Shown here: in pieces, positions 60,331 through 64,000 of the stretch
Position numbering within the stretch: the first letter of the stretch is position 1
Layout of the letters: every line of letters starts with the position of its first letter
Source: an uncultured Acidobacteriota bacterium
GTDB lineage: Bacteria > Acidobacteriota > Vicinamibacteria > Vicinamibacterales > 2-12-FULL-66-21
Length of the DNA: 64,000 nt
Direction of reading: 5' to 3'
NCBI GenBank assembly: GCA_963804245.1
Contig: CAWDPQ010000004.1
Span: 4,915 to 68,914 of the forward strand
Position numbers and translations under genes: made by a program
Notes under the pieces: generated by a model
Seen by the model: only the letters and a program-made list of their open reading frames with translations
What the model was told of the DNA's origin: nothing
Database searches by the model: none

Positions 60331-60359
60331 CAATCTAAAAACGTACGCGCGCGTTGTCA
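60331..60359 (-). promoter_or_regulatory. Candidate sigma70 promoter TTGACA-N17-TAGATT upstream of hutU
   Basis: The minus strand reads TTGACA acgcgcgcgtacgtttt TAGATT within the only AT-rich patch between hutH and hutU. The spacer contains the palindrome ACGCGCGCGT. Confidence 0.45.
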
Positions 60360-60379
60360 AACTGAAATTGAAAAATTTC

Positions 60380-61900
60380 TTACTTGACATCTCGCGCGCA
60401 CGAGGATTCCAAACTTCCGTCGACGATCATCGCGGCTATGCGCTCGATGTCGGGCGACGGCGGACGGTCGGTGGCGAGCGGCGGCACGACCGAGCGCACA
60501 CAGGCGTGCACCGATTGCAACGCCGGAGACGTTACGAGTGGCGCGAGCAGATCGAGCGCCTGGCACGCACACAGGATCTCGACCGCCAGCACGCGTGTGG
60601 CGAGCGAGAGCGCGCGTTCGGCCTTCAACGCCGCTCCCATGCTCATGCTCACATGGTCCTCGCGGTTCGCTGACGTCGGGATGGTGTCCACGCTGGCCGG
60701 ATGTGCGAGTGTTTTGATCTCGGACACCAACGCCGCGGCGGTTACCTGCGCCATCATGTAGCCGGATTGCAGGCCACTGTCGGCTGTCAGGAACGCTGGC
60801 AGCTCGCTGAGGACCGGGTTGACGAGGCGATCGGAGCGCCGTTCGCTGATCGTCGCGAGTTGCGCGATCGCGATGATCAGGAGATCCGCGGCAATCGCCA
60901 CGGGGGCGCCGTGAAAATTTCCCCCTGATACGATTTCCTGCTGTTCGGCGAACACGATCGGGTTGTCGGTGGCCGAATTGGCCTCGGTCACGAGCGTGTC
61001 GTGAACGAACCGCAGGGCGTGACGCGCTGCGCCGTGAACCTGCGGCGCACAGCGCAGTGAATAGGCGTCCTGAACCCGCCCACAGTGCTCGTGCGACTTG
61101 TTGATGCCGCTCCCTTCGAGCAGGGCGCGCACGTTGGCCGCCGATTGCACCTGACCGTCGTACGGACGCGCCGCCTGGATTCGAGCATCGAACGGGTGGA
61201 CCGAGCCTCGCAGCGCATCAATGGACAAGGCGACCGCGATATCCGCCGCCCGCGCCAGGCGTTCGGCGCCATCGAGCGCCAGCGCGGCGAGAGCCGCCGA
61301 CGGTTGGGTGCCGTTGATGAGAGCGAGTCCCTCTTTCGCAGCCAGCTGAATCGGCTCCAACCCTGCCAGCCGGAGCGCTTCACGCCCGGGCATCACGTCG
61401 GCGCTTTCGCCAACCGACGCTTCGCCTTCGCCGATGAGGACGAGGGCCAGGTGCGCCAGGGGCGCCAGGTCACCGCTCGCGCCGACCGATCCACGGCTGG
61501 GCACGCGCGGATGCACCCGGCGGTTCAGCATCTCGACGAGCTGCGTCAGCGTCCGCGAGCGGATCCCGGAGAAACCCTTCGCCAGCACGTTGACCCTGAG
61601 GGCCATCGTCGCGCGGACTGCCCGTACAGAAAGAGGCTCGCCGACACCGGCGGCGTGGCTGCGCAGGAGGTTGATCTGCAGTTGACCGAGGACGTGGCGG
61701 GAGACGGGTGTCTCCGCGAGTGCGCCAAATCCGGTGTTGATGCCGTAGACGGGCTCATCGCTCTCGGCGCGGCGATCGACGACGACGCGCGCACGCTCGA
61801 CCGATTGCAACGCGCCGGCGGCGACCGCGACGAGTTCGTCGCGATCGGCGATCGCCACGAGCTGCTCGAGCGTGAGAGAGGAACCGTCGACCTCAATCAT
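60380..61900 (-). CDS. hutH: Histidine ammonia-lyase
   Basis: MIO-forming GASGDLAPLAH, plus ..YGINTGFG.., and NFHG. The start was moved to the ATG at 61900 (MIEVDGSSLT), because the 22 upstream codons of the ORF-track call are a translation of REP-like repeats. Confidence 0.92.
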   Translation of the reverse strand: MIEVDGSSLTLEQLVAIADRDELVAVAAGALQSVERARVVVDRRAESDEPVYGINTGFGALAETPVSRHVLGQLQINLLRSHAAGVGEPLSVRAVRATMALRVNVLAKGFSGIRSRTLTQLVEMLNRRVHPRVPSRGSVGASGDLAPLAHLALVLIGEGEASVGESADVMPGREALRLAGLEPIQLAAKEGLALINGTQPSAALAALALDGAERLARAADIAVALSIDALRGSVHPFDARIQAARPYDGQVQSAANVRALLEGSGINKSHEHCGRVQDAYSLRCAPQVHGAARHALRFVHDTLVTEANSATDNPIVFAEQQEIVSGGNFHGAPVAIAADLLIIAIAQLATISERRSDRLVNPVLSELPAFLTADSGLQSGYMMAQVTAAALVSEIKTLAHPASVDTIPTSANREDHVSMSMGAALKAERALSLATRVLAVEILCACQALDLLAPLVTSPALQSVHACVRSVVPPLATDRPPSPDIERIAAMIVDGSLESSCARDVK

Positions 61901-61918
61901 GCGTCTACTCGCGGCTGC

Positions 61919-61963
61919 GTGGCTTCCGCTCGCGACGGCGTGGCTTCCGCCTTCAGGCGGAAG
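61919..61963. repeat. REP-like element: half-site plus complete copy
   Basis: GTGGCTTCCGC (61919-61929), then GTGGCTTCCGCCTTCAGGCGGAAG (61940-61963), in the hutH/purA divergent intergenic region. Confidence 0.75.
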
Positions 61964-62018
61964 CACCTTCTCTCACTCGCACGCAACCATCTCACTATGC
62001 GGGTAGAATACTGCATTG

Positions 62019-63311
62019 ATGAACATCGCTGTTCTCGGAGCGCAGTGGGGCGACGAAGGCAAGGGCAAGATCGTCGATCTGCTCACGCGGCATTTTTCGA
62101 TCGTGGCCCGATACCAGGGCGGCCACAACGCCGGTCACACGGTGTATGCCAGTGGACGCAAGTTCATCCTGCGCCTGCTGCCGTCGGGCATCCTGCACGA
62201 GGGAATCACCTGCGTCATCGGCAATGGTCTGGTCGTCGATCCACAGGCGCTCTTTGCCGAGATCGATGAGCTGGGGCGGGCTGGCATCACTGTCGGCGAT
62301 CGTCTGGTGATCAGCGACAAGGCGCACCTGATCCTGCTGTACCACCGCGAGCTCGATTTGCTGAGCGAAGCTCGTCGTGGCGAGCGCCGCATCGGCACGA
62401 CGTCGCGCGGCATCGGCCCGGCCTACGAGGACAAGATCGCGCGCCGTGGCGTCCGCGTCGGCGATCTGGCGAACGCCGACTCTCTGGAAGAAGCGGTACA
62501 GCAGAACGTCGCGGCGCGGAACCGCCTGATTGCCGATTCGACGATGGATTGGCGACAGGTGTTGACGGAGCTGAAAGCGGCGTGGACGCGCATGGCCCCC
62601 TGGGTTGCCGACGTGTCGTTGTTTCTCGCGCGCGCACGCGAGGCCGGCCGCTCGATCATGTTCGAAGGCGCCCAGGGCACGCTGCTCGACATCGATCATG
62701 GGACGTATCCCTACGTCACGTCATCGAATGCGACGATTGGCGGCGCGCTGACCGGTCTGGGCGTCGGTCCGAGAGCCATCGACGGCGTCCTCGGCGTGGC
62801 CAAGGCCTATACGACGCGCGTTGGCGAAGGACCGTTGCCGACCGAGCTGACAGGCGAGCTGGGCAACCGGCTGCGCGAGAGCGGCCAGGAGTTCGGTGCG
62901 GTCACCGGACGGCCACGACGCTGCGGATGGTACGACGCGGTGGCGGTGCGGTACGCGGTGCGCGTCAATGGGCTCGATGCGCTTGCGCTCACCAAGCTCG
63001 ACGTTCTCGATGGCCTGGACGACCTGCAGGTCTGTACGGCCTATCGTTGCCGCGGTGCGACGTTGACGGAAATGCCGGGAGAGCTGTCGCAGCTGGCGGC
63101 GTGTGAACCGATCTATGAGAGGCTGCCAGGCTGGACGTCGCCGAGCGCCGGTGTGCGCGACTTCGATCGGCTGCCGCGGGAGGCGCGTGCTTACATCGCC
63201 CGGCTCGAGGAGATCACCGGAGTGCCGGCGGCGGTGGTGTCGACGGGATCCGCGCGCGAGGACACGATCATCAGGGACGGATCGATCGCGGCGCGCTGGT
63301 TCGCTGACTAA
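62019..63311 (+). CDS. purA: Adenylosuccinate synthetase
   Basis: MNIAVLGAQWGDEGKGKIVD, GGHNAGHT, TTSRGIGPAYEDK, GAQGTLLDIDHGTYPYVTSS, and GTTGRP-like VTGRPRRCGW. The ATG is at 62019, and TAGAAT lies 9 nt upstream. Confidence 0.93.
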   Translation: MNIAVLGAQWGDEGKGKIVDLLTRHFSIVARYQGGHNAGHTVYASGRKFILRLLPSGILHEGITCVIGNGLVVDPQALFAEIDELGRAGITVGDRLVISDKAHLILLYHRELDLLSEARRGERRIGTTSRGIGPAYEDKIARRGVRVGDLANADSLEEAVQQNVAARNRLIADSTMDWRQVLTELKAAWTRMAPWVADVSLFLARAREAGRSIMFEGAQGTLLDIDHGTYPYVTSSNATIGGALTGLGVGPRAIDGVLGVAKAYTTRVGEGPLPTELTGELGNRLRESGQEFGAVTGRPRRCGWYDAVAVRYAVRVNGLDALALTKLDVLDGLDDLQVCTAYRCRGATLTEMPGELSQLAACEPIYERLPGWTSPSAGVRDFDRLPREARAYIARLEEITGVPAAVVSTGSAREDTIIRDGSIAARWFAD

Positions 63312-63318
63312 GATAAGA

Positions 63319-64000
63319 CTAGGCTTTGTTGCGCTCGCCGAAGGCGTCCACGGCGGTGGCATCCGCGTCGATGAACTCGACGCCGGCCCGATAACGCGGC
63401 GGAGAGGTCGCCTGCGGCAGCTCGAACTTGGCCCAGGCGATCGCGCCGCGGAAGCGCATCACGAACTCGTCGTTGGGGATACTCACGCGAACCTTCTGAT
63501 TCGGCCGCAGGATCGTCGACGAGAGAACCTGCGCGCCCCACGTCGAGAGATCGACGACGCTCGCCGGGTTGCCGTCCAGTTGAATATCGACTCCCGGCCG
63601 TATCCGGATCCGCGGCGCCCGCCGCGTGCCGTGCCAGTCGAGTTGACGCCGCTCGGGTACCGCAATCGAGGTCGGTGTGACGATGCCGGCTCCCGCCAGG
63701 GCCGCGGCTGGTGTCGCCGCTTCAATCAGCGACGGCTTCACGACCGTACGGACGTAGTCACCGCTGTGCGACATGACGCGTACTTCTGCGTTGGCCAGCT
63801 CGGGATCCGTTTTGATGCGGTTGAAGAGTGCCGCACCGCGCGGGGTGGCGGCGAACAACCGCTCGAGAACGATCAGGTCCGGTTTTTTCTGGAGGATGGC
63901 CTGAAGCGCCTGAATCGGTTCGGTATCGGCAAAAGTCAGGACTTCACCCTCATCCGCGAGATGATCGGAGAGCGAGGGCATGAGATTGGACGCAGCGACG
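63319..64000 (-). CDS. PilZ-domain protein. The N-terminus is possibly beyond the right edge.
   Basis: The C-terminal PilZ pattern is RRAPRIRI....VDIQLDGNPASVVDLSTWGAQV. There is an ATG at 63981, but the frame stays open to the window edge. Confidence 0.65.
   Translation of the reverse strand, partial: VAASNLMPSLSDHLADEGEVLTFADTEPIQALQAILQKKPDLIVLERLFAATPRGAALFNRIKTDPELANAEVRVMSHSGDYVRTVVKPSLIEAATPAAALAGAGIVTPTSIAVPERRQLDWHGTRRAPRIRIRPGVDIQLDGNPASVVDLSTWGAQVLSSTILRPNQKVRVSIPNDEFVMRFRGAIAWAKFELPQATSPPRYRAGVEFIDADATAVDAFGERNKA

Noticed and set aside
41645-61963. Whether the recurring GTGGCTTCCG..CGGAAG palindromes represent a CRISPR array.
   Set aside because: The copies are scattered over 20 kb in separate intergenic regions. 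They have variable orientation and no regular repeat-spacer periodicity, and no cas genes are present.
61901-61966. N-terminal extension of hutH in the ORF track (MLPPEGGSHAVASGSHAAASRR..).
   Set aside because: The extension is simply a translation of two REP-like repeat copies. The canonical HutH N-terminus starts at the ATG at 61900.
1-64000. Prophage, integrative element, toxin-antitoxin pair, or known anti-phage defence island (restriction-modification, CBASS, retron, Cas, and similar).
   Set aside because: I recognised no integrase, transposase, recombinase, reverse transcriptase, nuclease-helicase pair or tRNA attachment site. Apart from small AT-rich promoter patches, the composition looks uniform.

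Overview
High-GC chromosomal segment, most consistent with a soil Acidobacteriota genome. Evidence for that: two PadR + duplicated-FtsX 'ADOP-type' permease modules, an acidobacterial-style VWA protein, a PVC-type membrane-bound dehydrogenase domain, a TolB-propeller Ser/Thr kinase and a DUF1080/ThuA pair. I can support about 55 protein-coding loci. I saw no rRNA, tRNA, CRISPR array, integrase or transposase. Firm calls include metF, a hen1-pnkp RNA-repair pair, hutH-hutU, purA, rnc, cutA, a PPK2 kinase, a GH18 chitinase, a YpdA-type flavoprotein and a cystathionine gamma-synthase/lyase-family enzyme. The observations I consider worth following are listed here. (1) A translationally coupled three-gene operon at 4697-8826 with no obvious known pathway: a Cys-less asparagine-synthetase-like adenylating enzyme, a radical-SAM enzyme and a halogenase-like flavoprotein. 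(2) A very high load of frameshifted genes (about 12) plus truncated gene remnants (about 5) in 64 kb. (3) A dispersed 24-30 nt REP-like palindrome family, GTGGCTTCCG(C/G)C..G(C/G)CGGAAG(CCAC), confined to intergenic DNA in the right half of the window. (4) An orphan extended -10 promoter, a roughly 115 nt GC-rich structured leader or sRNA, and a strong intrinsic terminator at 22618-22750. (5) Twin 14-bp palindromic operators bracketing a promoter at 39047-39111. (6) An AAA-ATPase/winged-helix gene translationally coupled to hutU. All functional names come from motif recognition in the supplied or self-made translations. No database search was run.
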